A stretch of DNA of 64,000 bases from Selaginella moellendorffii (Eukaryota > Plantae > Lycopodiophyta): positions 434,001 to 498,000 of the forward strand of contig NW_003314296.1 of the NCBI RefSeq assembly GCF_000143415.4, read 5' to 3'. Made by a program: the position numbers and the translations under genes. This document shows, piece after piece, positions 1 to 12,575 of the stretch. Each line of letters opens with the position of its first letter. The first letter of the stretch is position 1. The notes beneath the pieces were generated by a model. It saw only the letters and a list, made by a program, of their open reading frames with translations, made no database searches and was not told the DNA's origin.

Positions 1-239
1 GCCATGTGTCCAAAGGACAGTGGTGTGGAACCCGGGGTTCAGGGCCTTGGGCCACTGAACGAAGGAACGATGCCAAACTCCCAAGCATGGAGCCAAGGAG
101 TGACAGAACCGTACCACGAAGGAAGTCACGAGCATACAGCCCAAGGAGTGAAGGGACAGGAGCCCGAAGCGACTTGGAATAGTCTTAGAGCAACTAACAT
201 TCCATTGCTTGGACCAGCACGCAAAACAGACCCAAATGA

Positions 240-400
240 AGTCTGGCACTATTTCGGCATGCTGGTGGCCTAACGCAAGGACATGGGTACTCCACCAACT
301 AGCATGGAATGGAACTTGGGTTTAGACCCAAGCCGGATGCAGAACAAGGACAGGCACGCAAACGGAAACTAAACTATGCCTCAGGTTGGTCGGCCATGCC
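240..400 (-). repeat. Inverted LTR-related segment
   Basis: The reverse complement (gaccaacctgaggcatagtttag..ccttgttctgcatccggcttgggtctaaacccaag..ggccaccagcatgccgaaat) aligns with LTR 6110-6255 and 597-740. Confidence 0.75.
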
Positions 401-449
401 CGACCTACTTAGCTTGCATGCCTGTCCTTGTTCTGCGTCCGGCTTGTAG

Positions 450-879
450 AATGTTTCATGTTTATCCTAAAGATTAACTCTTAGTACTAAGGGAGGCTTG
501 GGGTGAAAGCCCAAAGCATGTGTTCCTTAAAGGGGGGGGAGTGGGTATAGGGGGTGCCAAATGTATAATAGAGATAGTGGTTGGAATGTATGTTTGACCA
601 CTTAAGACATTAATTTAGCTCCTGTTAAACTGTATCATTCTTTGTTCTGTATCCAACTTGGTTCTAAGTTCAAGCTCCACTCTGCTTTAGTCGGTAGGGT
701 ACCCTCTTCTTCCTGTTAGGCCACTGGTATACCAAAATCATGCTAGACACTATCTGACACCATTTAGCATGCAAATATTAGATATAGGGAGTTAGTGCTC
801 GTGGGATTGTGAGTGTACTAGACTCTTGTTTTGTAGAGAAATAGACTTAGAGTTTGGCTCTAAATTTAGGTGTGCTATA
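450..879 (+). repeat. 5' LTR copy (left part missing or replaced)
   Basis: Colinear with 5965-6392 (tatcctaaag..ggggtgaaagcc..gtagggtaccctc..gtgctcgtgggattgt..gctata), followed immediately by the PBS. Confidence 0.85.
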
Positions 880-881
880 TT

Positions 882-892
882 TGGTATCAAAG
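882..892 (+). promoter_or_regulatory. Primer-binding site (tRNA-iMet type)
   Basis: tggtatcaaag directly after the LTR end; the consensus is TGGTATCAGAGC. Confidence 0.8.
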
Positions 893-3800
893 GAATTATC
901 TCAGTGATTCCTATCCAACTTTTGTCAGATTTTCTGACTCAAGTTGCATACATAGAGACTTTTCTAGTAGATCCAAAACAACCTATGTAGGATTAGTTAG
1001 ATTGCACCAGTTGGTAAGAACATTGTATGCATGTGCAATTATTGATAAACGCATACATACAACTAGTGAGATGGTGAAAAGGAACAATGTTGGTGATATT
1101 GAAACCTCTAGGTGGGCAAATTGAGAAAAGGAAACTCTAGCTAGAGATGTTGTGGAAAAGGCTAAGGCTAAATTAAAGGAGGAAGAGCTTGATACTACAA
1201 TGTTGTAGTGTACGGCTTAAGAAGTTGAGTTGAAATTCACAAATTGGAGAAGGAGAACAAGGAGAGGAAAAAAGAAAATAAGGTAGCTAAATCAGCTAAA
1301 CGTAAACAACTGAACTCCTCTTTAAAGTTTTGAGCATGATGAAGTTTTGCAATCGCCTTCGATTGCACGAGTTTCAAAGCTCAAGCTTCCAAAACCACTT
1401 AATTTTAAAGGCATGTAAAACTATCAAGTCTTGGAAGATTGGGTCTACAATATGGGAAATTATTTCATAGCAGTAGTCTTGTATCCGTAAGGAATACTTG
1501 CCGAATGATCTTGGTCTAAGACTTCATGCGGAGGTATAATAGTTAAAGCAACGAGGGGACTTTATGTATTATATGAAGGCATTTGCTCAGAAGTGCATTA
1601 TAATTACAAATATGAGTAATGAAGATGCTCAAAGTTATTTTCTGGAAGGTTTAAATTCACTTTTTCACAATGAGATTTGAAGTTTAAACCAAAGACATAC
1701 CTAAAGTGTAAGGAGGTAGCACAGTAAGTTGCCTTTAGTCACTCACTCATGGAACAATATTAGCAACCATATACTGGTACCTCAGACAAGAATAAGAACT
1801 TTGAGAATAAACAAGGTGATCAGAAATAGAGGGTAGAAGGAAAATTCCACCCTAGAGGCTCACAAGCAACAGTTAACAAAGGTGGTGGTTGGCAACCACT
1901 AACAACTTCTTCTAATCCTAGGCCCTCTATTCCTCCTTCTAGTGGGTACAAGCAATAGAAACTTGCGAAATCTACTCCTAACAGAACAGGTAATATAAGT
2001 TATTGCTTCCATTATGGAGAGACAAGACATAGGTCCTTGGAATGTCCCAACAAGCATAAGACAAGATTTTGTGTTAATGTCATGAGGGAAGACACTGGTG
2101 GTGAAGCTGAAGGGGTTGACAAGTTGGTCAATACAGACTATAAGGAAGAGGAGGTGAGTTACTTTCATTACTTTCCTTAAGCTTTTCTCGCAATCAATGC
2201 AAACACTGATCTGTTGATGTATTTAACAAGTTTTGTCCTTGAACACCAAATCAAAGTGATGATTGACACAAGAGCTATGCATAATATGATATCTGAAAAC
2301 TTAACTAAGTTGCTAGGATTGAATGCTGAGAAGATGTCACCCATGCACTTTCAATTTGCAGAAGGTGGGCAAGTAGCTAGAAAATTTGTGAATGATGTTC
2401 CAATAAAATATTTAAGTGGAAAGAAAAAGTGGACTTGGTAGTGTTGAAGATATTAAATTTTTAGATGGTGTTTAGTATAGATCTCTTCAATAAATATATT
2501 AAAGAGATGTATGGTGCTGGGCAAAGTTGCATCACATTGAGGTTAGAAGGATGTCTTGATGTGTCCTTCTATATACTAAAGAAAGTAAATGCACTTTTGG
2601 ACAATTGTGCATGAACTTTCTAGGACATATAGTTGGTGGTGGCATAATTGAGGTGGATCCAAAGAAGGTGGAAATGGTAAAGTCTTGGGAAGTTCCAACT
2701 ACTGTATCAGATGTTCGTTCCTTTCTCGGTTTGGTAGGATACTATTACAAATTTGTTCGTAATTTTACAAGTATTACTCTTCCATTAACTAAGTTAATGA
2801 ATAATTGTATACCATTTCATTGGACATCAGTTTGTCTGCATGCTTTTGTATAGTTGAAGGAGATTTTGACTATGGTTCATGTTCTCAAAATCCCAAATCT
2901 TGATAAACCCTTCGAAGTGTATTGTGATGCAGTTGGCTATGCTATAGGTGTCATATTGTAGCAAAATTGTGACAATGTAGTTGGTGTTACACTAAGGTAA
3001 CACAGTTGTCTTATTGCATTTTATTCCAAGAAATTGGACAAAACCTAATGAAGATGGCCAATACATGAAAAAGAGATGTTTGCTATAGTGTCAGCGTTAG
3101 AACATTGGAGACACTATTTGGATGGATATACCAAGGTTTATTCAGATAGTAACACACTAAGTTGCTTCTGCCCAGGGAAAACGAATAGCCAGAGGTGGAC
3201 TTGCGTGTGTCACAGTCTCCCCCAAAATCAGCACCGTGAGGGTAAGCTCTTTTCCCTACACAACCTAAGCTTATGCCAAAGCAAACTAGTTGGTAAGAGA
3301 AGCTCACTAGATTTAATATTGAAATCATTTATAACCCTAGTAAAAACAATATTGTTCCGAATGCATTGAGTCATCAGGCTTAGTTTCAGACAATATCAAC
3401 AATCAATTTAGACTAGTTAGAGGACATTCAGGCTTTATATGGAAGTGGTCCATTGGTGAAGGCAATCTTGCTCCATGCGGAGTTCTCAAAGTAGAACCCT
3501 GGTAATGAAGTGGCAAAAGTTGTTAATTGTACCAATGCAAAGCTTCACTTCTCAGTTTTATTTTCTATAAGTAAGAAAGATTGTATCTAAGATCTACAGC
3601 AGTTATTTTTGTGAGAACATCATGATGTTCCGATACCAAGACATGGTGGAAAATGAAAAAACTCTTGCTTCATTGAAAAAGGGATTTTTTTGGTTTGGTA
3701 TAGAAGGTGATATAGTGGATTATGTCCATTCTTGCCCTATATACCAACAATATAAGTGCAAAACTAAGAAGCAAGTTAAGAAGTTACAGTGCATTCCAGC

Positions 3801-5453
3801 ACCGATATGGCCATTTTAGAGTGTGACACTTGACTTTGTCACTTGCTTGCCGAAGTCTAAGGGTTATGATACTTTGATGGTGGTTATGGATTAGTTGTTG
3901 AAGATTGCACACTTCATTCCAACTATAGAAATAATGAATACAAAGCAAATAACAAAACTCTCTTTCCATGAAGTAGTGTGGGTTCATGGTCTTCCCGAAG
4001 AAATGATCTCGGATAGAGATTCGAGATTTACGGGAAAGTTTTGGGGCACATTATTCCAATTATTCGGTACTACATTGAAGTTTAGTATAGTTTATCATCC
4101 TCAAACTGATGGGCAAACCAAACATGTGAATGCTCAAATTGAGGATTATCTACAGTACTATGTTGCGACAGACCAACACAACTGGGTTGAGCATCTAGAC
4201 ACAACAAAAATCTGTTATAACAACACATTATATAGTGCTATTGGTTGTTCTTCATAGGAGATGCTGCAAGAAAATGCTCATGGGGTTCTCCAACAAATTG
4301 TTATACCAAAACCAATGTTTTAAGTGTTGGTTCTAGCCATTAAGACTTATGTGAAGCAATTATGCTAAGGTTGGTCTAGAGTTATTGAGGTGATGGGCAA
4401 AGCTCATGATAGATATCCATGTGATAAAGATTAATATCGTCGAGATGTATCCTATCAAGTGGGAGATCAGGTGTGGCTATTGTTCCGAAATTTGAATATT
4501 AAGGGATCTTTGTCTTGGAAGTTGTTACCAAAATATATTAGACCCTATCAAGTGTTGAAACAAATTGGTGATGTATTCTACTAGTTGGATATTCTACAAA
4601 AGATGTCCAAACTTCATGGTGTGTTTCATGTTAGTTTACTAGCCCCATATCATGAGGGTCTTGGCTGCTCTAAAGATATCTGTCCAACTCCAAATGTTGT
4701 TAATTGTGAACCTAAATACAAAGTGGAAGCTATTTTGGATACACACTGGCTCAAATGTGCCAAATGTTGAGAGCATCTTGTTAAGTGGAAGGAACCCAAT
4801 ATGTGAATCTACTTGGGCCTTAGTAACCTTATGCATGCCTATGAGCTTGTCACAAAGTATGAGAATTGTAATAAAGAGTAGTTATTGTAAACCTTGTAAT
4901 AAATCTTACAAATCAATAAAAGTAATATATTTCTATAAAATCAAAAGTTTCATTTATCTCGTTTATTCGTTCTTGGGTCAGTTTTAGCAAGTTGACTTTA
5001 GCACTTTAGTATATGGGTACAATCCATAACCATGGGGATAACTATTATAGACTAATCACAAGTCCTTGCCTCTCTCTCCTTAACTTATTTTTGAAAAGGG
5101 CGCCACTTTATAACAGTTGTTTAAATCTTCCTAATATGGTTGATTTCTTGCTCAGAGGAGTTGGGCCTCTAGCTCCCTCCCTATGCCCCTATGAGTAGGG
5201 ATGTATCATTCCTTTGTAAGCCAAGTGGTACTTGGAGTAACAAAGATGGCTAACTTTATTAATCATTTCCTTATCAGTGACGGTTGGAGGGTGTCTGAGT
5301 CTTAATATTTTTGGATGTAAAAGAGAGGTAGTTCCATAACTCATTTAAGTTAGTGTGTTTCCCACATAGTATACTTTCTTTTAACTTTCAGAGTTGTTGT
5401 CTTGATGGTTTGCTAGACTCAAGCATGCATCGACAAGGACGTCAATCTTCCCT

Positions 5454-6392
5454 AAGGGGGGGAGAATGTTGCGAATATGACTTTGGGTATTAAAAGATAC
5501 TTGTCAGCCAGTCCTTATGGACATTCTCTCCTTACTGCCATGATAGTAGGAGGTTGGTACTGCTGGTTCCTTTTATTAACCCCTCTTGTCCAAGTGTTAG
5601 TAAATTGAACTTAGCATTTATACTTGGCTGGATGAGTATAAAGAACGATTTTCTAAGTGTCTATTTAGCTAAGCATACTTAGCTTAGCTTGTTAATTTTC
5701 TTTTTCTCTGTCTTATACTAGCTTAGCAAGAACCTTTACATATAGTTTAATCCCTCAATATTGGTACATGATAGTTTACTATGCCTGCCAAACACCTTCG
5801 CTATCATGGCTTATATGTTGGTTCTGTTCTAAATCTATATGTTATTTATGGTAAGTGTCTAGATGCACCTAAAAGGCATATCTACAATATATAGAGAGTG
5901 TTTTGAACCCCATAGTGTTGTTCCTCCTTCTGGATTCACAATCTAATGTTATTCCATATTTAATAAGTTTCACACTATCCTAAAGACTAACTCTTGGTAC
6001 TAAGGGAGCCTTGGGGTGAAAGCCTAAAGCATGTGTTCCTCAAGGGGCGGGGGGAAAGGGGATATAGAGGGTTCCAAATGTATAGTAGAGATAGTGGTTG
6101 GAATGCTCGACCATCTGAGGCATTAGTTTAGCTCCCATTAGGCTATGTCACTCCTTGTTCTACATCCGGCTTGGTTCTAAGCCTAAGCTCCATGTTGCTC
6201 TAGTCAGTAGGGTACCCTCCTCCTTGCATTAAGCCACCGGTATGCCAAAATTGTGCTTAACACTGTTTAACACCATTTAGCATATAGGTGCTGGATATAG
6301 AGAGTTGGTGCTCGTGGGATTGTAAATGTACTAGACCCTCATTTTGTAGTACAACGGGTTTGGAGTTCAGCTCCAAATTCAAATGCACTATA
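5454..6392 (+). repeat. Polypurine tract plus 3' LTR
   Basis: aagggggggagaa (5454-5466) followed by TGTTG. The distal ~430 bp matches the 5' copy. Confidence 0.75.
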
Positions 6393-8032
6393 GATAATGA
6401 TGGTGCTCAAGGGATTTGTTCAAAGGATGGGCATGGAGTGTTTAAAGTGGTCATATGCATAAGTGGATTTCTTCATTAACAATGGAGGATTGTTAGTTCT
6501 AAGATCCCTAAGTTAGTTTTTTCCTATTTTACTTATGTCTTTCTTGAAGCTATTCTAAATGTATATCTCACAATCTCAAGAAGAGTAAAAACTCTTAAAA
6601 CAAGAAAAGTACCAGTCTTTTTAGAAGCTTTACTCACGTCTCTAGGCATAGATGGCTGGGATCTTCATTTCTCTTGTAACTCTTCCACATTGCATTAGCA
6701 GGCTTGAAAGTTGTGCATCATCCTAGTCCATTTAAGTTGGAGTTCCATATAAAGCACACTAGGTAGTTTTATCTTGGTCACAAAATCAAGAAATTTGCCA
6801 ATTTAATGGAATTTGAGTTCTATTTGGGAAGACTCCTTCACTTTGGCAATGGTGGATCTATTCTTTGTTAGGCTTTCTCTCTTTGGATCCACCCTTCCAT
6901 GGTAAAAAACTTTATATTAATCTTATTGTGCTTTAGTGTGTTTATTATTGTTTAGCAGTAGGATAGTAAACAAGATTGCAACAATTAGGGTCTCTTCTCT
7001 CTACAGCTCTAGCAGCTAGGATTACTGATTTTTATTTGTGATTTTTTAGGAGAGAAAAAATATTACTAATGTGATTTAAACATTTTCAAGAACTTTGCCA
7101 ATTAGGTAGTATCAACAGTTGCAGATCTTGCTGGGTCCATGAAAACCAAGAGATTACCACCAGGATTAATAATGTGTTGTTGCTGGTGAAGATGTTTACT
7201 TGGCTTATAAAGAATTGATTATTAAAAGTTTTAGGTATGGTTGGTAATATCCTTGATATACCATCACCTAGTGTTAGTTTCCATATGTTTGAGTAATATC
7301 TAGACAAGTTATCATCAGGATAGCTCTATATAAAGGACAGGTAAACATTTTTAGACTTCTCAATTGACTATATATCAACCATTAGATGGTAGAAAATACT
7401 AGAAAATGTTTAGGAAAGTTTATGAATTATAAATACAAAATTAATTTAAATGAATAACAACAGTTAGATGGTAAAATATCCTAGAATATACAAGTATATT
7501 TTAGGTATATTCACTACCACTTTACTCCTCATACAAGTTTGCTTAAGCAAACCAGAAAATCAAGATAATGTATATAATATATGAGTAAGCAGTAATATTT
7601 AAATTTTTTTCTAAATACAAATATAGTTTATTAGTACATAATACTATGGAATATAAGATTTGAATTTACTTATATATAATATATTTTTATAAAACATTTT
7701 CTTAGTAATTATTTTCTTAACTAGATCTGGGTATAACTAAATTATTAATAATTATTTTTAGTCAATATTTTCTTACTTGTTTTGATAAAATATTAATATA
7801 AATTAGTCCCAGTAAAAACATAATTTACATATAACATCTAATTAATATTAGAAATTCCAATTTTACTTTTTGTTGTGTTGGGGTATGTTCATATTTCTAA
7901 AATATTATCTATATTTTTATTAATAAACACTTATTCTTACTTATATATTCATATTATCAAGTTGACAAGAGCAAAAATATTTATATAAAATCATTATTTT
8001 TATATTCACCCAGCATTTGCTAATTATATATA

Positions 8033-8647
8033 AGAAGGAAAGAAAAAACAAACTAAATAGATTTGATGAATCACTATTGGCCACTTGGGCATGTCCTCAG
8101 CCTCCACCAAAGCTTATTCTCCTCGACGCTGGCGTATCTTCACCATCTTCGAGTTCCTAGGTCTTTGGCTGCCTGAAAATTCCAATGGAAGGAAAAAATA
8201 GAAGGCACACATCAGACTGCCGCTGCTGTGGCGCTCGCAATCATGGAAAGGAAATTAAAAATACACCACTTCTGTCTTAGCGTGCAGTGCCTTGGCAAGC
8301 CAGCATGACGAGCACGCCCCCAAAACGAATATAACAAAGAATGAAAGACGGAGACGAGGAGTCCAGAATTAGTCAAGATTAACTTCAACAGCACATTTTT
8401 GACTTGTAATTGAATTTGGTTTCTTGATGGAAGGACTAAGATAAACATTTGTGGTTGCCCGTATGACGTGGTAGCCTCCACGAACGTCTTCCGAGTGTCC
8501 GAATCAATATTGTGTTATAATCACCTGAAAAAAAAAATTTCTCATGGCATAAAAGCTCCCAAACCTTATAAAATAGGAATTAAATAAAAATTAGAGAGAA
8601 ATATTTTACCTGGTAGTTGTCATTTTGTTTAACTCCCAAAAATTCTC
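8033..8647. repeat. Copy 1 of a ~600-bp direct duplication (copy 2 at 12576-13217)
   Basis: Shared blocks include aaaaaacaaacta, ttggctgcctgaaaattcca, caaagaatgaaagacggagacgaggagtccaga, gtatgacgtggtagcctccacga, tgttataatcacctgaaa and taactcccaaa. Confidence 0.9.
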
Positions 8648-9909
8648 TCTCTCGAGTCTGAATGGCCAGCGCAAAACTAAACGGGCACTTAAGCTGCATG
8701 GACCTGAACAGCTGTGTGTGTGCGACCAGGGATATGTTGCAGTGCGTGTCACCGAAAAGACGCCAGAACTATAATGTGGTCAGAAAAGCCCAAAGCACAC
8801 GTTACGACATCCTTGCGCATGAATCGTCTGGCCGTCGGTGAGCGACATGCGCTATTGTCTCAATGTTCACAACTTAGCTTATTCTTCTAAATGTATTGTT
8901 GTTTCTTTCTTCTTGTAAGGCCTATTCGTAAGGAAGAAGATTGAAACAATGGTGGGTAAGTTGCCCGTGATCAAAAGCCAACGTACATCTCTCTTTTCTC
9001 TTTTTCCGGGACAAAGAAGCTCTATTGATCTGAGAAAGGAGAGTGAGATTTAGAGGATTGTGCTTCAAAGGTCACTCGGTGGACGCTCTTTGCAGGTCTC
9101 ATGATGAAGCGTATGGGCTGATGTTAGAGATGGTGAAGAAAGGGGTGCTCTCCGCTTTCGCAAGCTGGAGGTCTTGATGGTACTCAAGAACATTAATTTT
9201 GAATATCTCTAAAAGAACAATAGCATACAGTAGAACAACCGACGCTTTAAGTCTCTTGAAGCAGATGATCCAGAATGAATAGTGATTGAGTTTATAGCCA
9301 GAGCGATAAATCAACTTTTTTTCTTCTAGAGTACGATCAGTGTTCTTCGACACTTGCTACCAAACAAGTTTGGTTGGTCATGCTAAAAGTGTGCGATTCA
9401 CAGGAGCTGGAAGACTCCTTTAAAAGGCCGAGGAAACCACGGCTAGCTTGCCGGAGAGATCAAGGAGAGTGCTTCACGAGCAGGGTCATCAGATCACTCT
9501 GGAAAACCCGTGCGATTAATACCAAGAACACTGCCAGGTAATCGGCATCCTCTTAGACCTTTCATCTAATCTTGCTGAGCATCTTTGGCAGGCCAGGACC
9601 CAAGTGAATTGCGAGGGAGAAGCTTCGGCAGGAGGATCGAGCGGAGAGGCAGCGATGCCGTCCGAAGAAAGAAGAATCTGATCAAGCTCCAGAGGCAGCC
9701 TCCGGAGGAAACCAAACTCTTCCAGCAGCCAAAACCAGCGTCCATCCAAGGCTGAAGAGCTCTGGAGCTTATCGCAACGTCTGGAGCAGCGAAAGCTCCA
9801 AATCGGCGCACACACACTGCTGTCTTTTGCATCACGTCGGCCTGCGTGCTTTCAAGCTAGTCTGCCCTTCAACCTGTTCTTCCTCTCTACCATTCACGCT
9901 CCGTTTTCC

Positions 9910-11194
9910 ATGGCTTCCTCCTCGGCTCTAATTCTCGCCAGACCTTTGTGTCTGCTTTGCTTCCTCTTCCTTTTTACAGCTGCAAAGAGGACACCTATTC
10001 CAATCCGGCCAGCCACAAATGCCTCTGTTCACAATCCAGAGCAGGACCACCTTCGGGCTTTGGCGATCGTGGACCGTGTGCCAATTCCTGTCCAAAGCAA
10101 TCCGCTGGTGATGCACCTGAAACGTGGCACCATGGGAAATGCCAAAATGGAAACCCTGATTTTCGACACAGGAAGCCTTCTAACATGGATCCACAGATCT
10201 GTAGAACAATCTTCTTCCTGGACAGTCATAACGTGCACTGAGTGCCCAGACGGTTTAACCTTTAGATGCAATGACAACAACAAACAATGCAAATTTAAGG
10301 TGTCCTACATGGGAAATCACTCAGTTACAGGGATTATGGTTGAAGATTTGATAGAACTGGAAACAGATGATCCGGAGCAGAGGGATGCTAGATTTGTTAT
10401 GTTAGGGGTAGGGACAGGGCTGGAAAACTTTGACTCTCTAGACTGGACAGCGATAGATGGCATTGTAGGCTTTGCCCAAGGGACTTTTGGTTTGGTACAT
10501 CAGTTTCAAATCAGAAAATTTGCTTATTGCCTGACTGATAGGTACGAGGGATTAGTGTACTTAGATCGTTTAGCAGACACACCGTACCTTATGCTTGGTT
10601 CTAGGGAATTGGGAGAATGGAGTTATAACCAAATGCGAGCAAGACCAGATAGACAGTATATGATCCAGTTGCTATCTATATCCTTCAACGGGAAGAACTT
10701 TAGACCACCAACCTACAGAAAATCAAATTATGTGGTTTTTGACTCCGGTACGAAAAGTACATTTCTGATCAATCAGCTTTACCAGCCAATCATCCAAGAA
10801 ATTAATAAGTACTTTGAGAAGGAGTTGGGCTACGTGAAAACGGGGCGTGGATGCTACGCCCCAGATGGGCAACGGCAGTATACGCCCCGACCACGATTCA
10901 ATCCAATCACGTTTCACTTCGAGGGTGGCGATTTTACTGTAAGTTCAAAAGACCCATCCATTTTTATTGCTTTGAAACTCTTTCTTTTTCTTCTTAAACC
11001 AGGTTAAACAACTAAACTTCATCACAGTGCAGCTGCGTGAGTTTTATTGTCCTGAGCTAGCATCCTTAGAAATCAAGGACGAAGAGGGCGATGCAATCAT
11101 GGGGATCTTTAGCTACGCAATGCAGCGAGATCATATGATTGTATATGATCTGGAGGAGTATGAACTGTCATTTGCTGAATCTTCTTGTCCTTAA
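9910..11194 (+). CDS. Secreted A1-family (nepenthesin/CDR1-like) aspartic protease; exons 9910-10938 and 11003-11194
   Basis: Signal peptide and catalytic DTGS and DSGT motifs. A phase-0 GT-AG intron restores the C-terminus MQRDHMIVYDLEEYELSFAESSCP*. Confidence 0.9.
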
Positions 11195-11208
11195 CAAGCT
11201 TAATATGG

Positions 11209-11514
11209 AATAAACTTCGGGTTAGAAAGAATGTACATGCCTCAAGAATCCGCGAGTGTAGAAGCTAGGGACCTGCACGGGCATCTCGCCAGCTATGGCT
11301 TCGATACCCGGGCAATCTCCTGGTAAGAATGTATGGCGACTGCCAAGACGCCCGCGCTGCCTTCGAAAGGATCATCGATCGCAATGTCTACTCCTGGACG
11401 ATCCTTTTCGCTGCCACGCTCCAATCCGCTGGATTCCACCACGCTAATGCCATGCCGGCATGGCACTCGTGTCCTGGAACTCGATGCTCAGGGCCTGTGC
11501 CCAGAGCTGCGAGC
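11209..11514 (+). pseudogene. Deleted partial copy of the 5' end of the PPR gene at 17770
   Basis: Near-identical to ~17740-18116 apart from several 8-17 nt deletions. Confidence 0.9.
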
Positions 11515-11769
11515 CCTAAAAACATGTATTAACTATTGGAAAATAAATTCCATTAAATAGATTCCTAGTTCTAATTGTGTTGAAACGGCCATTTGGTTTT
11601 ATGCCGAGTAACCCTGTATGGATTTGATTGTGGTGATGGCCATGGTTACTCAAGGAATGTAAAATAACAAGATCAGGTATGTTGATGGGAACCTCAATTC
11701 TTGCAGCAAGGGAAGGTCCTTATTATCGTAATTTACGACTGAGCTCGAAAGGGTGACTGCTTGAAAATA

Positions 11770-12300
11770 CCTTGATGAGATGGACGTAAATAGAGATGGC
11801 AATATTGCAAGCTGGTGTTTGGCTTGATAAGCCGCATGACATTCGCGACAAATTCATCTGGCAACGCAAAGACAGAAACAAGGATGGGATGGTGTTTTGG
11901 GCTGGTTCGAGTATGCCATGGATTATCTGGATTGGAAGATGATGATGCTACCGAGTGCAATCCCATACAAAAACTTTGGCTTCCTATTGCCAGAACACTA
12001 TCATCAATCCTATTACAATGCCTGTGATGAAAATGGTGATGGGGTTCTTAACTGGGTGGAGTTCAAGAACTGCCTGAACCCAGAGAGGATTAAGGGCAAC
12101 AACGGCAGAAAATTGCAAATGTGGTTGTACAATGTGCAAGATGCAAACAAAGATGGGAAGATCGACTTCAGCGAGTTTAGCCAAGCTTTTGTTTACTACC
12201 ACCATAACAACTTTTGTACACATCGAGAGCCTAACAATGAGACTGAAATCTTCATGAGGTTCAACTCAGTAGAGATTGTGATGGTTTCTTGACTCCAGCT
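11770..12300 (+). pseudogene. Multi-EF-hand calumenin/reticulocalbin (CREC)-like fragment, frameshifted
   Basis: EF loops DVNRDGNI (~11787), DRNKDGMV (~11871, frameshifted against the downstream ORF), DENGDGVLNWVEF and DANKDGKIDFSEF. Confidence 0.7.
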
Positions 12301-12575
12301 GACGGGTTTGCGGAGATTTTAGCAGCGTATGAGGCTCCCCGTGATCCAAGCTTATGTCTTAAAGCAAAAGAGATTGTTCCATTCCCATTGGCAAGCTTGA
12401 AGGTGGAAGAGATTCTGGCTACAGACTGGATTGCGAAGATGATTTTGTTAACAAAAGCAGATCGATCTTGATTTGATCCCCTGTTTATGTGTTGATAAAC
12501 CTTATTTGTCTGATTTTCTCTGCGTAGTTTTGGCTTTCGTTGAATTTAATCAAGAGTTTGTTTTAGTTTGCAAGT

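Larger units (their letters stand above)
450..6392 (+). mobile_element. Degenerate Ty3/Gypsy (chromovirus-type) LTR retrotransposon; RT largely deleted
   Basis: Domain order is decayed gag (~1380-1700), protease (2214-2441, VMIDTRAMHNMIS), RT C-terminus (FLGHIV..VDPKKV..VRSFLGLVGYY), RNase H (VYCDA, EMFAIVSALEHWRHYL), integrase (MISDRDSRFTGKFW..YHPQTDGQT) and chromodomain (KYKVEAILD..HLVKWK, ~4715-4860). Direct repeats at ~450-879 and ~5965-6392, PBS and PPT are present. Many stops and frameshifts. Confidence 0.93.

Noticed and set aside
8070-8380. Possible CLE-like peptide on the minus strand (RTCPSGQ* in copy 1; RDVPTKAQPIAI in copy 2)
   Set aside because: No in-frame ATG or intact signal ORF, the motifs disagree between copies, and neither gives a full 12-aa CLE box.
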